Positions 51,346 through 64,000 of a DNA stretch of 64,000 bases are shown in pieces. This stretch comes from Bispira polyomma (Eukaryota): contig OZ287748.1 in NCBI GenBank assembly GCA_965649765.1, positions 75,082,001-75,146,000 on the forward strand, given 5' to 3'. How positions within the stretch are numbered: position 1 is the stretch's first letter; each line of letters opens with the position of its first letter. The notes under the pieces are model-generated. The model searched no databases. It saw only the letters and a program-made list of their open reading frames with translations, and had not been told where the DNA came from. The position numbers and the translations under genes are program-made.

Positions 51346-51735
51346 GCAGATTAGACCGAGTTTTCTGTTCTCGACAATGCTTTGATTTTCTTACTTACGT
51401 TTGTCAAGGGACAGAGTTGTCTACTATAGCAAATCGTTGCAAATGTGTAAAGGCACAATTAACAGACAAACAGAATAATTTTCAAATGTAGTTTAGGGTT
51501 ATATTGATTAATACAATAGCCATACACAATATTATAACTTATGGTCAAATTAAAAGTACTTGATTAATTAGACATGATTATTTCAAAATATTGACGTATA
51601 TTTCCCGTGGTATAGTGTATAGTAAATTACCGTTTACATTTACAACGATTTGGTATGGGAAATGACTTTGTCCCTCAACAAGCGTACATCAGTAAATCAA
51701 AGAATTGTCAAGAACAGAAAACGCAGTGTAAATGC
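51346..51735. mobile_element. MITE/foldback with ~100-bp imperfect terminal inverted repeats
   Basis: gttttctgttctcgacaatgctttgattt versus aaatcaaagaattgtcaagaacagaaaac; caaatcgttgcaaatgt versus acatttacaacgatttg. Confidence 0.7.
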
Positions 51736-51736
51736 T

Positions 51737-52050
51737 GGGGCCGTATTCACGAACAAGTGAAATCCTATTCCTAATTTAGATTTCAAGTATTGTGGCTATT
51801 TTACAAACTTAGAGCCAAGTGGTATTCACGAAAGAAAACTTACTTACTTTGTAGATAAAACTTACTCAGATTTCAAGTAAGCAGATGAGGTACCTCAGAC
51901 TTCTTTCCTAACTTTGATTCTTAGTAAAACTTAAGTAAGTAGAGTTTTTCACTTGTTGGTGAATACCATTTCTAAGGAAATCTTTGGAAAAATGTACTTA
52001 CTTTGGAAAGTAAATGAATTTTTTTTTCACTTGCTCGTGAATATGGCCCC
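51737..52050. mobile_element. Harbinger-like MITE (TIR GGGGCCGTATTCACGA.CAAGTGAAA)
   Basis: ggggccgtattcacgaacaagtgaaa ... tttcacttgctcgtgaatatggcccc. Confidence 0.8.
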
Positions 52051-54332
52051 AGATCAGCATGTTAATGTTATTGGCCTATGCTAAAGTATCCAGAAATTCT
52101 GTGCGTACTTTAATTAATTGTTTTGTACATATGACTATGATTTTTGTAGTAGTGAGTTAGACCACCACATGTAATCATTGTTTCTGTTAATAATAGCTCC
52201 TCTTTTGGAAAAATGCAAAGCCACGAGGGTGTTTATTACAGAAACGACAGTATAAATTTTTGATTATATTCCTTACTGACAAAAATACCAAAGGCCCCTG
52301 ACCATTAGCAATGTCTAAACATTGTACATTAATTTAGACTTTTTATATCTGAGATGATACCAATAAATGCACTTTGTAAATGCAACACAAATAGTATATT
52401 CTAAGGGCAATGTCCTAACTTTCATTTTACACCATCACAAAAGAGAGTGATTTTATGTCAATGTTTTCAACACACACATTTACTTTTACAAATTCTGTAA
52501 TACATTCACATTGACATGCAAAATTGCATGTGTGGAACAATGGTTTGCATAACAAATAAGTTTAACTTTATTATCTACATAACAGCCAAAAACACATACA
52601 AAATCAAAATTATCCAAGAAGGAACTTTTTGAAAATAAAAAACCCCAATCCCAGTATGCCCAAACACCCCAAACAAAATGAAAATATTATTTCATATTGA
52701 CTTTGAGTAATTTATAAAACGATCTAAATGCATATGTACATTGAATACAGGACAGAATACTCTTCTGATATTTTGCTTCATGACATGTTCACATTTTGCA
52801 TCTTACATCTAACTTTGCAAAAAGTGAAATTACTAGAACATCATGAAATGATGGTTTCAATGAACTTCTTTTACTCCCCCTTAATAGTCACATGCTAGTA
52901 TGTGTGACTGCTATCAATAAAACACCTGCATGTGTATACTGTAAACCACCATCTTGTCACAAAAAAATCACTTTACATACAATTAATCAGTACATTTTCT
53001 ATATGCTCCTATTGCTGTAACAATACATTATAATTACATACACTGTCACAGGCCCAGGATCTGATATATGTCAATATTCAATCAGTCACAGTCAGAATGA
53101 CCAGAACATCATTTTAATATTGATATTGATTGACGAGGATTTAATATATTTGTGGAAGGCTAATTACATCAAATCCTAATAATACTGACAGAAAAATAAT
53201 AAACACTGTAAACAAAAATCATATGTGTCATACTTGTATTGGTCCTTTCATATAATCTATTATATCAATGTATTTATCACCTCTCCCAAAGGAGGTCATG
53301 TTTTTACAAGTGTCCGTTGGTTTGTTTGTTGGTCACCACGATTACACACCATAACTAATAAACTGATTTATTTAATATTTGTTCGAGGGATTGGGGAATT
53401 GGTAAACGGAAAAACCCTTTACAAAATTTGCAACAGATTAATTTGGAATATAAGGATCAGGAATAAGGAATTGTTCTTTCACTGTATTGCACTGTGAAGC
53501 CTTGGCAGAGGTATGCACTCTGCTGAGTGCCCTTCTAGCATTATGTGTGGAAATAATTTCCAATAAGTACGACACATATTGCTGGAAATTAGGCATAACA
53601 TATTTGACTATATCACCCACAATGTACAACAAATTATGTATTTCAATACTGATCTACATTTATATGGCAGTATAAATTTGTTATCAGTATTGATATCAAT
53701 GTCTGATATAAATTTATAATAAACTATTTCATTTACCAGATGCCACACTAAGAAATTTTTCAAGCGTCAAAAAATAAAAAACAATCAGTCTAATTCATTG
53801 TATATATGGTACATGTAACAACGATATACCTTGGTCAAATGTGACAGACTTATTTTCACTCTCCCAAACTTATTTTTTGCTATGTTTCATACTAAAATGC
53901 CACTTCTATTTTACGGACCTTTAAATGCTCAGTCTCCTAAGTTGTCTGTAAAAACTATGCTTAAAATATGACCTGATATTTGATTCCAATTGTCTGTTAT
54001 ATTGAAATGAATAGTCACAATAATGGTCACTTGTATAGTATCTTCCCACATAAAGTGCAACATACATTAACCAAACATGTTAGGAGAGTTAATGATTATG
54101 TGTTAGAATAATAGAAGGTTCATCAAATAGAAGAGGTATTTTAGTAACAAAATACAGTTGGAGAATATAAATTTGAGAGAGTTTGACTCTGTGCTCATAA
54201 ATTCAGATAACAGAACTTTGTATAACATAGTTTCGACTGGATAAAGATTTCAACTTTTGTGAATTTGAAACTGACCATAAATTTACTACTGAGACAACTA
54301 TGGGCCCCAGAAGCAAGTTCTAACACAGAGAA

Positions 54333-55481
54333 TCAGTCTTTCCACCATCTTTCTAGTTGTGCCTCGCTGTCCTGCCAGTTACTGTTTTTCACCGCTTGCC
54401 ACTGTTTCTCTTCACCCCGCTCAGTAGAAGGTGGCGATATGTCCTCCAGTCCAGAGGTCAAGGTTGTCATTCTTCCAAAAGAGTCATTCAGACCATGCTT
54501 CGGTGAAGGAAGTTCATCCCACAATTCTTTGTTGTGACTATGACCCTGTACAATGTCTGATTCTACTTGAAATCTTAAAAATTTCTTCTTACTTAAGTCT
54601 TCTCTACGTGAAAGGATCCTGTACTTTTCTTTCGGATGAACCTTCATTTGATTTAATCTAGCACCTTGGTTTTCAGAAGGAATGACAACCAGTTTATTTG
54701 TCTGTCTGTTTAAAATTCTTTGTTTTGAAGGAAACCGTAATCTTGGCGTTTCTGCTTCGTATTCATCTGTATCACTACTTGAACTACAATCAGGCACTAT
54801 ATCTCTTGGCGTAACTACATTTATATCCACTACGTTGATGCTGTTTGGTTTTCCTTGTCTCTGTCTCAATAATGGACTTCTCTTTGTCAGACACTCCTGC
54901 GTAGCACGGCTTATGTCACTATGCCACTGTCTAACACTAGAACGTTCACATCTGTTAACATTGCGAGGCGTGTTCCATGAGGTAATAGGGCCAAGGGATT
55001 GTCTCAGGACATTCTGCTTTTCCTTCAGTGCATCTTTCCCCAGACGAGGAGTCTTGGGACTATTATTTTCATTGCTACTATTCTCTTCATCCTTGACCTT
55101 TTCAGATGCTGGGGACGGTTGCAACAAGCATGCAATATCCAAGGCTGGTAGGAAGGTGGGTCGCTGAGGCCGCTGCTGTGGGGCTGCCTCGTGGTTTTTG
55201 GGGGTAAATATAACATTTCCTTTTGGGGTCACAATACTCCCGAGGTCTATGACGGAAACATTGTTTCTGTAGTGAGGAGTAGCAAACGACACCTCCGGTT
55301 TCCAGAACACGTTTTTCTTGTTACTCTGCGTCCTCTTTGGGGAGACACTACAGTCACCACTTCGATCTGTACCGAGCGCTATCCCTTCCAATGTCAGATT
55401 CAAACCTTCACTATCCTCGTTAATATCCAGAAGATTCAGCTTTGGAACAAAATTTTTAGACACCATGATATTCGCAGTCAT
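54333..55481 (-). CDS. Uncharacterised 382-aa, largely disordered protein encoded by a single exon
   Basis: 1149-nt ATG-to-stop ORF in AT-rich DNA where long ORFs are otherwise confined to genes and TEs. Acceptor-like tattgtag| at 55535-55533 upstream. No TE motifs. Confidence 0.75.
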   Translation of the reverse strand: MTANIMVSKNFVPKLNLLDINEDSEGLNLTLEGIALGTDRSGDCSVSPKRTQSNKKNVFWKPEVSFATPHYRNNVSVIDLGSIVTPKGNVIFTPKNHEAAPQQRPQRPTFLPALDIACLLQPSPASEKVKDEENSSNENNSPKTPRLGKDALKEKQNVLRQSLGPITSWNTPRNVNRCERSSVRQWHSDISRATQECLTKRSPLLRQRQGKPNSINVVDINVVTPRDIVPDCSSSSDTDEYEAETPRLRFPSKQRILNRQTNKLVVIPSENQGARLNQMKVHPKEKYRILSRREDLSKKKFLRFQVESDIVQGHSHNKELWDELPSPKHGLNDSFGRMTTLTSGLEDISPPSTERGEEKQWQAVKNSNWQDSEAQLERWWKD

Positions 55482-58197
55482 ATTGTATAGAGATATATGT
55501 TATTTTGATCATGCACTATATTGATGATATACCTACAATATATATAGATGAGTAAATACAAAACAGAAGGTCTGCTTTATAAAATACATGGACCTCTTTG
55601 ATAGACATTTCATAAATAGCTGTTCAGAAATCTCTCTATTAGAATCATCTCACACAACAACAAAAGGTGTGTTTACTGCCTTGATGTTTTCTGGTTGTTA
55701 GGCATATACACATAAACGGACACACACGCACACAAGCTGAGCAAAGCTGAGCTAAGCTATTGATTGGTTGATGACCTCGCTGCATTAAGCAATGGGACGG
55801 GATCTCCATAATAACAACAATGTGTGTAACCATAACTAGCGCACTATAACTAGCACAGGGAAAACCTATTTATTGATGGGATTTGTTGGGCTAGAAAAAA
55901 AAAAGGCAAAATGTTTGAACAAACTGGAGACATTTCTGTATGCATGCCAATACTCTGATATGTTTTATGCATCACATTGTATACAAACACTGTTGTCAGG
56001 TACTTTTTGTTTAGGGTGGATCAGTGATTTGGTTTTCAGAGTAACTTCACCTTTTTTTTTCTTCTTTTGTAATGTGACTTGTGGGTGGAAGTAGAAAAAA
56101 AGGTGCAAATTCAGTTTGGGTCTTAATTTTAACCATTGTAGGCGATGTATAAATATATATAAATAAATGTAGTGAATCTCTATTATCCAAACTTATAATT
56201 TCTGAATCTTAAAATTTATAACTAATTTCCACTCTCTCGCATTTATATTTTGTTGAAATTACTGTCAGCACCACATCTACTAAAATACAAGCTTCTATAC
56301 CTGCTATTGTCTGAATAAGATGTTGCCCCTCAAACTATTTGGATAATAGGGGTTCTAAAATGTATTAGATACCTAATACAGAATCCATACATTTTAAAGG
56401 CCTATTTAAGAAAAGGAAATCAATTCATCTGTTATTATATACATGTATAATGATAACATATCACCTCACATACAGAATCCATACATCTTATTATTACAAG
56501 TGTCTACTTAAATATAAGAAATCAGTTTCTGCTGTTTTTATTTATATATTATAATAATCAATTAAACTACTTAAAGAAATAGAAACAATTTCTACTGTTA
56601 CTATGTCCAGTAAAATCCCTTTAAGTAGAACTCTGATAAGTGGAACTGTTGACTAGAAGTTAGTTTAAAATCCCATTGCTACCTTTTTAATTGAAATTCA
56701 TACTGTTAAGTAGAATTTTTGTTCAGTAGAACAAATATTATGGTCCGTTCAAATTCGACTTAACAGGGTTCCACTGTAAATTAATTATAATGACGTATTC
56801 AATTAGCTATAAAGTATTACCCTGTAAAAAACAAAATACTATAGCCTATGTCCAAAAATACTATAGCCTATGTCCAACTGCAAGATTCTTTAATACAGGT
56901 GTGTGGGAAGAACTAAATGAAATGTCAGACGCCACAAGATTCAGACGATTATGAACAAAGACCTTTGAGACCCAGTCTTCAGTCGGATGTGTGGGGATAT
57001 ATTGTTACCTTTATTACTCTGTGCTCAGTGGAAATACATGTATCACAATAGATAAAAATAGATGGCTTGCTCTGAGGCATTTCCACAGAAATTACTGTAA
57101 GCACTACATCTTTACATTACATCTACATTACATTTATATTTAATTTTAAAGCGCCTATTTATAAAGGCTTCACAATTTTAAAAAGTATAAAGAAGGTACT
57201 AAAAGAAAAATGAAGGCATTTTAACAGTTGTACACTGATTTAAATAAGTAGGTTTTGAATTGTTTTGTGAACATCTAAAACTGTATTGCAACATGTCAAC
57301 CTGATTGGCCGTGAGTCTGTTCCACAATTATGGTACTGCTGAGCTAAATGCACAATCTCCCAAGGGTTTTACAGTTAGTTTTTGGGACTGACAGTATCAC
57401 AGAATACTGTATAATTGAAACACCCATATTTGAACATATGGAAAAAATCACAGTCAAGATACCTTTAGTATTATATCTGCTGCCAAGAAGGTATTATGTT
57501 TTTGGCCTGTTTTTATTTGTTTGTTATCTCCACCAAGAAGTTACTACTTCCTTTACATGACTTTGTTTGTGGAAGGATGGGGCATGGGTTCTGGAGTGGA
57601 TCGTATAAGGTTTGATACAGGATTATTTTTTACTTTTTTTTGGCACAAAGCGGTTGGTACATGGTTAGAAGTATAGTCCAGTCTACGGAGTGCCTTCCTA
57701 GATTTAATTAGAATATTTAAATCTGTGCTGTGCTTCATTTAATACTAAAGCAAAGCCTTCATTATCCAAATACAACAAGATTTGTCACAAAATGGAAGGT
57801 TCAGAAAATTATAATTTGAATTTACATACAAGTTTGAAGAGTAAAAATGAGTGACAAAAATTTAATATTTAGATAACAACGGATCAGTGACATCTGACTC
57901 CAAAAGTTTGGCTTTAAAAAACATTTTCTGCAACAATCTTGTGTGATAAAATGCAGACCACAAGTAAAAGTTAGCAACTAGAAGGGCACCAGGTATAGCA
58001 CATACCTCTGGAAAAAACCTAAATCCTGATACCACCTTTTTACCCAGATCTGTTCAGTAATTTTTATAAAATCTTGGTGACAGACAAATAAACAAACCAA
58101 CGGACAAAGGTGGAAAGCTAACCTCTTCGGCAGAGGTAAAATTGTCATTACTTACTCAATTTTTTTGTAAGATTACTAGTTTGTATAATTAATTATA

Positions 58198-58354
58198 CAG
58201 TAGAACCTCTATTATCCAAACATATTGGGAGAGAAAGATTTTGTTCAGATAATAGAAAGTTCATAAAAAGAAGTTACATTTTTGTGTAAATCATTAATTT
58301 GGGAGGGTGGAAACAAGTTCATAAAATTGAATTTGGATAATCGATATTCTACTG
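58198..58354. mobile_element. pogo/Tigger-like MITE family 1 copy
   Basis: ta|cagtagaacctctattatccaaa...tttggataatcgatattctactg|ta. Confidence 0.8.
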
Positions 58355-58636
58355 TATTATATAAAAACATATTTCTAGGTTCATACCTAAAAAGGCTTAC
58401 AAAATTTAAAGTCAAATGAGAAGAAACGACACACTAAAAGATTACAATAATTATAATTATTCTAGTCTCGACAGCGACAAAATGAGAACAATTTTGTTAC
58501 ACTTGCTTAATCTTTTTTAGCAGGATGATATTTAAATAAAATCACACTAATATGCTGTCTCAGGTAATGACTTCTCATTATACAAAAGAAACCTACTGCA
58601 CACATTGACGTCAACATCAAATATTCATGGCTGCTA

Positions 58637-59842
58637 ATCTAATCTAGTCGTACTTTTATAGCGCTTAATCTTTGTACAACAAATTCTAAGGCGCAACAAA
58701 CCCAAAACGTTAATCGCAAATCAAAAATAGTGGGCGGATGGAAGTCGTAACCAGGGAGACTACCGTAGATGGTTGCGACGGCTAAGGTGGAAAAGCCTGT
58801 TCAAAAAGATAGGCCTTCAGCTTACTCCTGAAAGAGGAGAAAGTTTGAGCCAGGCGAACATGATCAGGTAGGCTGTTCCAAATGAGGGGGCCATCATGAG
58901 CTAGGCAGTGATTGAACTGAACTTTGGATTTGTGGATGCGAGGGTCGAAGGTGGGAATGTTAAGGTATAATTTATCAGGGTTACTGCGCCTAGTCCTGAC
59001 TGAGCATGTATATTTGGATAAATGGGGGCTAAAATAAGTGGGTAATCCAGAATTTAGAAATTTATATATTATTGTTGCTGTTTTGAAAGCAACACGATAT
59101 TTTATTGGGAGCCAGTGCAGTGACTTGAGTACAGGAGTAATGTGGGAAAATTTAGATGTTTTGGTCACAATACGTGCCAATGAGTGTTGGATATTCTGAA
59201 GGCGTCTGAGATCACTACGAGATAAGGAACGGAACAGAGAGTTGCAGTAATCAAGCCTGCTGCTGACCAAAGCATTGGCAACAGTGACTGCAGTGGATTT
59301 GGAAAGATAGCATCGAATCCGCCTGAAATCACGGAGGCCAACAAAACATGATCTACACACCGATGCGACATGGTTCGAGAAGGAAAATTCAGAGTCGAAC
59401 ACCACGCCCAGGTTTCGTACTTTTTCAGCTGGAAAAAACCTGCTGCCAAGAATGTCAAGTGGAAAACAGCTGGACAATTTTTCCCGTTGCGACTTGGAGC
59501 CAAACAAAATAAACTCAGTCTTCTCAGGGTTCAGCTTGAGTTTATTTGCTGCCATCCAGTGTTGTACATCAACAAGGCAGTTCTGTAAGGAAGTGAAAGC
59601 TACCTGGGCAGAGTCAGGTGTAAGGTGGATGTACAGTTGGGTATCATCAGCATAGAAGTGAAAGTTTATGTTTTTGTATGCAGCAATAATCTTGCTGAGT
59701 GGGGTGGTGTACATGGAAAACAAAATGGGACCCAGGACGGAACCTTGGGGAACACCAAATTTTAACCATGTTGGGTCGGATAAGATATTGCCAATTTTGA
59801 CTGATTGGAATCTATCAGATAAATATGCCGTGAACCACTTAA
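58637..59842 (-). mobile_element. 5'-truncated L2/CR1-group LINE (RT C-terminal half, open frame 59842-58782)
   Basis: GVPQGSVLGP, FYADDTQLY, SRLDYCNSL, LHWLP and LKAYLF motifs; 3' UTR ending aagcgctataaaa...(GATTA)n; TSD gctgcta at 58630-58636 / 59843-59849. Confidence 0.92.
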
Positions 59843-62800
59843 GCTGCTATGTTTTTGCTCTACCTTATAGCCTAGCCTTGGCCAAATAACTATTTCAATG
59901 ATAATACTACCATTTATTTGAAGTTGAACATTAAATATATCCCGTTCTAAAAAGGTTTAATAAGTATATCAATTATCAGCCTATTCAAGTAGTGCGTACA
60001 TCATTTCATTTCTATTGTAAATTATTAAGGTGCTTAATGTTTGCACGAATAAATTTTAATGCACGAAATTTACTGTGGTAAGGGGACAGTGGTATGAACT
60101 AACTATAATCCAATCACATTTTAGGTGTCTAACAATCAAAAAAAAAAATTTTTCATCAAAAACCATAGATACGCCAGGACTATTATGAACATTCTATCAA
60201 ATCTGATCTAATCAGACTTTAGATGCTTAATCTCTGTTATAATAATAATTATAGTATTCATAGAGTGCAAAATTCACGAAAAAACATTCTCTAAGGCGCT
60301 GATATCCAAAAAGGAAGGTTATGATAGATATTAAGGCACAACAAGCCAAGTATCATTCCATTTCATCAAAATCCTTTCAAATATACTGTGATTATAAGCT
60401 AACTATAAAGTGGATAAGACTTGATGAACAGGTTGGTTTTGAGTTTCTGCTTTAAAGAAAAAAGGAGCTGACTGTATATCTTCAGGTAAATCAGATTGAA
60501 AGAAGATCAATACCATATACGTGTCAAATCTGATTTTTAGACTGAATTGTGTAAATGGTGGCGCTTTCAAGTAAATTTTTGTCAGGATTGCTACAAGCAT
60601 GGCAGTCTGTATGAAAACAGAAGTGAAGTCAATCAGTCTGGGAGCCATATGTTTACCTCTGTCAAAGAGGTTATGTTTTTTTCCCACTACTGTTGGTTTG
60701 TCGGTCACCAAAGTTACACAAAAACTACCAAAACAATTTACATGGAATTTGTTGCAGGGATGGCTGATGGACAATAACAAAATCCCTTAAATTTGGGAAA
60801 GGATCTAGATAGATAAGGGCAGATCTACTCATTTTTCTTTTGCCCCTTTGGGGACTAAATGGCACTTTAGCGGGGATTACTTTGCACTTTGCTAAAAGCC
60901 CTTCTAGTTTAGTCATGTATTCAATTCTTTTTTACAATTGTAAGTGATAACTACAAAATATTATCCAAATTGATGGAAGTGGGTCTAAAAAGAATTATTT
61001 ACTTGTTCAAAGGCCTAGTTATAGATTCTCACAACAGGATCAGGTGATATGTATGTCAAACCAAATATATTACCTTTCCATTGGATGGTCCAAGTTGCAG
61101 TGGGGGCCACTTATTAACCAGTTCTCTTGAACAACTCTTGCTAAAGAAAGGCTAGCTCCCTTCTAATCTAGCACTAATCTATATAGCATTCTAACATCCT
61201 CAAAGTCAATTAACACCTGGCTGATTATTAGAGTGGGGAGTAGTAGGAGTACCATTCAAACATTTAGTCAATAGCCTGACATGGATCTTTGCTCTGTGTG
61301 GTTCAATTAATGGCGATTATTTGTTGGCACTGTATATTCTATATAATAGCTGCCTCTTTACAATAACTTCCACATAATAATTGTCACGTAAAGATGCTTC
61401 AAAAAATGTGTAAGTTATTGTCTTTTACACTCTCCATATACAGCAGAGTCTCTATTATCTAAACTTTTATTATCCAAACATTTAATTAGCATATCTCCAG
61501 GCTGCCAGTTTTATATTTTCCTGTTAGTTTATACTCAAGTGCCTCAGCTATTTTAGGAATGTTCAATTATTTGAACAACTGTTGCTCTCTCAAAATGTTT
61601 GGATAACGGAGGTCCTTAAATATATTTATTGGCAAAGCACACATATATCTTAATGGAATGGTGACTTCAGCTATCTGTAACTTGTTTTTTATAATATCCA
61701 AAAATTTCCTTCAGTTTCCGTTGAAAATTTTTTCTTTTGGTCGGAAGGGTTAAAGACTCAAACCCTGACTCAGGTCAAACAGAGGCTATTGGGAAGTCAC
61801 TCTATGAGGCAATAGTCTATACTCGTGGCCATTCATTTTATTAAAGTTTGCAGTGTTTAATTCAAACATGCAGTCAGATTTTACTTAAATTGATTTTAGT
61901 TTGAGTCTGAGTTAAGCTATCAATATGTTGAACAAGTTTTTTTTAAATTTAAAACTTTAATATTACATATAGTGTGATAATAATAAATAGTGTGGTTTAT
62001 GCACAGTAAAAGTTGAAAATATTAAAAAAAAATCGTAAATTAATTGGAATTTTAAATAGGTATCATAACGAACACTATTTTCTTTACTTTCGTCTTAGCT
62101 AAACATTTTTTTTTTGTGAATCCCAACTTATGACAAATTTAATCAAGATAAAAGTCTCAACTTTAAGGCTGGTCTAAGCAAATATTTAGACTAAAGACCA
62201 TTTTTTATATCCAGTCCATGCTTAGGTACATGTGTTTTATATTTGCAATTGATATACCGCCAATATATTTTAAAGAATACCTCTAAATAGAGGCTATCTG
62301 TCTATTGTGAGATAACGACCACTTAACTCTATCAGGCTTCTAGGTTTGCCTTATTCTAAACTGATATTGGGAGACCAACACTTTCTTAAGATCGTGTTAG
62401 TGGCTTCCAATAGGTGGTCTTTACACACAAGTTTTTTTTTCAATGTTTAAAATAACATCGAACTTCTTGTTAACAATACAAAACTGTTATCCTTGAGCTT
62501 TGCAAACAAAAATAAATACAACATGTAGGAGAGCAACATTTTGTTTAGATAATGGAAGGTTCATGAAAATAGAAGTGGGATTGCTGTACAAAATTAGAAA
62601 ACATAAATTTGGAGGGTGGAAATGAGTTAATAAAATAGAATATTTTTATAACAGAGGTTCTACTGCAATTGATTTCGGGAAGTTACCTTTTTCCTAATCA
62701 AAGATGGTTTGTTAGGTATGGAACAAAGTGGTTCTTTATTAAAAGCTCACTAAGGGCACCTCCACTAACGTCCTTGAAACAGACCAAAAAGTAAAAAACC

Positions 62801-63639
62801 AATCTCTGATTAACGCTTCTACCTAGATACCAAAATTGTATAGATTTTACCTTGGTCCATACCCAGTCCCTCCACCAAATGTCACATAAGACGGTTCAGT
62901 ACAAATAATCAAACCAACAAACATGGGTGAAGACAACCTCTTTGTCGGAGGGTAGTATCAATATTGCTAAAACCTTAATTATTATTAAATATTGCTGTGT
63001 GTACCTTTGTGTAGATCTACATGAATCTAAAACAGTCAACACTTTTGAGGAACTGGAAAGTTGGTATTAATTTCACTTATTTCTACTGAACAAGAAATAG
63101 ACTTTATAATATTTTGTCGTGTTTAAAAAACTAAAACTAAATTAAATAGCACTTAATTTATCAATATTAATTTATCCTGTTCTAATACAAACGTACCTGT
63201 CTCACAATCCATAGACTCTTTTTCTGTTTTATAATCCATTTTCACTTAAAAGAAATCCAACAATCTTATGACTGCCGTAATTGCGCCAAATAACCAACAG
63301 CTTTAAAATAATTATTTACAATAGATGCAACTATGATTAGTGAAACACTTTTTGGGGGCTTCTGAATCGTTATCAGATATGTACTAAATGTGAAATATAA
63401 TAACAAAATATATTGCTTGTCTTATCAGTTCTTTTCTTATCACCAGTATATTATAAACATGGGCCAAAATTTAAATCACTGACTATATAATTGATAAGGA
63501 TGCCTTTTCCCATATATTACCATCTTTAATGCACGACTGTGAAGTGTCACCTTAAAAAGGTACAAGGGATAAAACACCTGAGGTTGTGACCGCTAAAGTG
63601 ATCACTCTAGCCTTAAGGCTCAAGATGTCAATTGTATTT

Positions 63640-64000
63640 TAACCGCGCCTTACTGATGCGAGACATCTTTTAAAGTGCAACAGCAGAATCAGTTAACTAA
63701 TCGAGAAGTCCAAAAGACATAGCTACGGTCGTAAGGAAGAATGTGGGAGTGTACAGGGAGGGAACTAAGGGGGTAAGCAAGTTTGGAGAGATGGGGTTTG
63801 AGCTTTTTTCCAAACCCAGAAAGTGTTTCTGGTGATCTAAGCGCAACTGGGGGGCCATTCCATAACATATGGTCAGCAATAGTAGATTTTACAGAGGTAA
63901 GAGAAAGTCTATTTCCCTTGTTAGGTTGCTGAAGGAAACGCGTGCAGCAAGGTATGAGGGCTGTTGAGAGATAACAGATTAAAAGTGATTAAATGCATTT
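63640..64000 (-). mobile_element. Degenerate 3' end of a second L2-like LINE
   Basis: Frameshifted translation MLWNG.P...ETLSGFGKKLKPHLSKLAYP resembles the C-terminus of the LINE at 58782 (LIWNSLP...TFSSFRSKLKAYLFEQAFPP). Confidence 0.6.

Noticed and set aside
54682-55167. 161-aa plus-strand ORF
   Set aside because: Antisense shadow of the 382-aa minus-strand ORF.
61070-63200. Donor-like sites (~61073, ~63196) as 5' UTR exons of the orphan gene
   Set aside because: Isolated splice-like motifs cannot be validated without transcript data.

Overview
AT-rich, intron-containing eukaryotic (invertebrate) genomic DNA. The SINE and HINE repertoire suggests a lophotrochozoan, probably a mollusc; this is inference. 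The minus strand carries a tandem pair of SLC17 (sialin/VGLUT/NPT-type MFS anion transporter) paralogs. Paralog B is a complete ten-exon reading frame reconstructed by hand (42324->18396, 511 aa from the ATG at 42319). Only the first two recognisable exons of paralog A are present (1825->159), and it runs off the window. A 382-aa single-exon orphan ORF (55481->54333) is rich in short linear motifs. Mobile DNA is abundant: a degenerate tyrosine-recombinase (DIRS/Ngaro-type) retrotransposon (~7.2-12.2 kb), a full-length young Gmr1-like Gypsy LTR element with PR-IN-RT-RH order (42516-48413), L2/CR1-group LINE fragments, tRNA-derived SINEs, Helentron-associated (HINE-like) elements, and pogo/Tigger-, piggyBac- and Harbinger-like MITEs. 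Most notable observations: (1) a ~1.15 kb minisatellite built from the 3' splice site plus the first 12 codons of an SLC17 exon, giving over 20 tandem candidate acceptors; (2) phase-matched splice sites in the YR retrotransposon that would fuse the Gag N-terminus to the ATG-less recombinase; (3) a Gypsy insertion whose target-site duplication abuts a splice donor just upstream of the SLC17 coding exon; (4) loss of both TM4 proton-coupling glutamates in both SLC17 paralogs.
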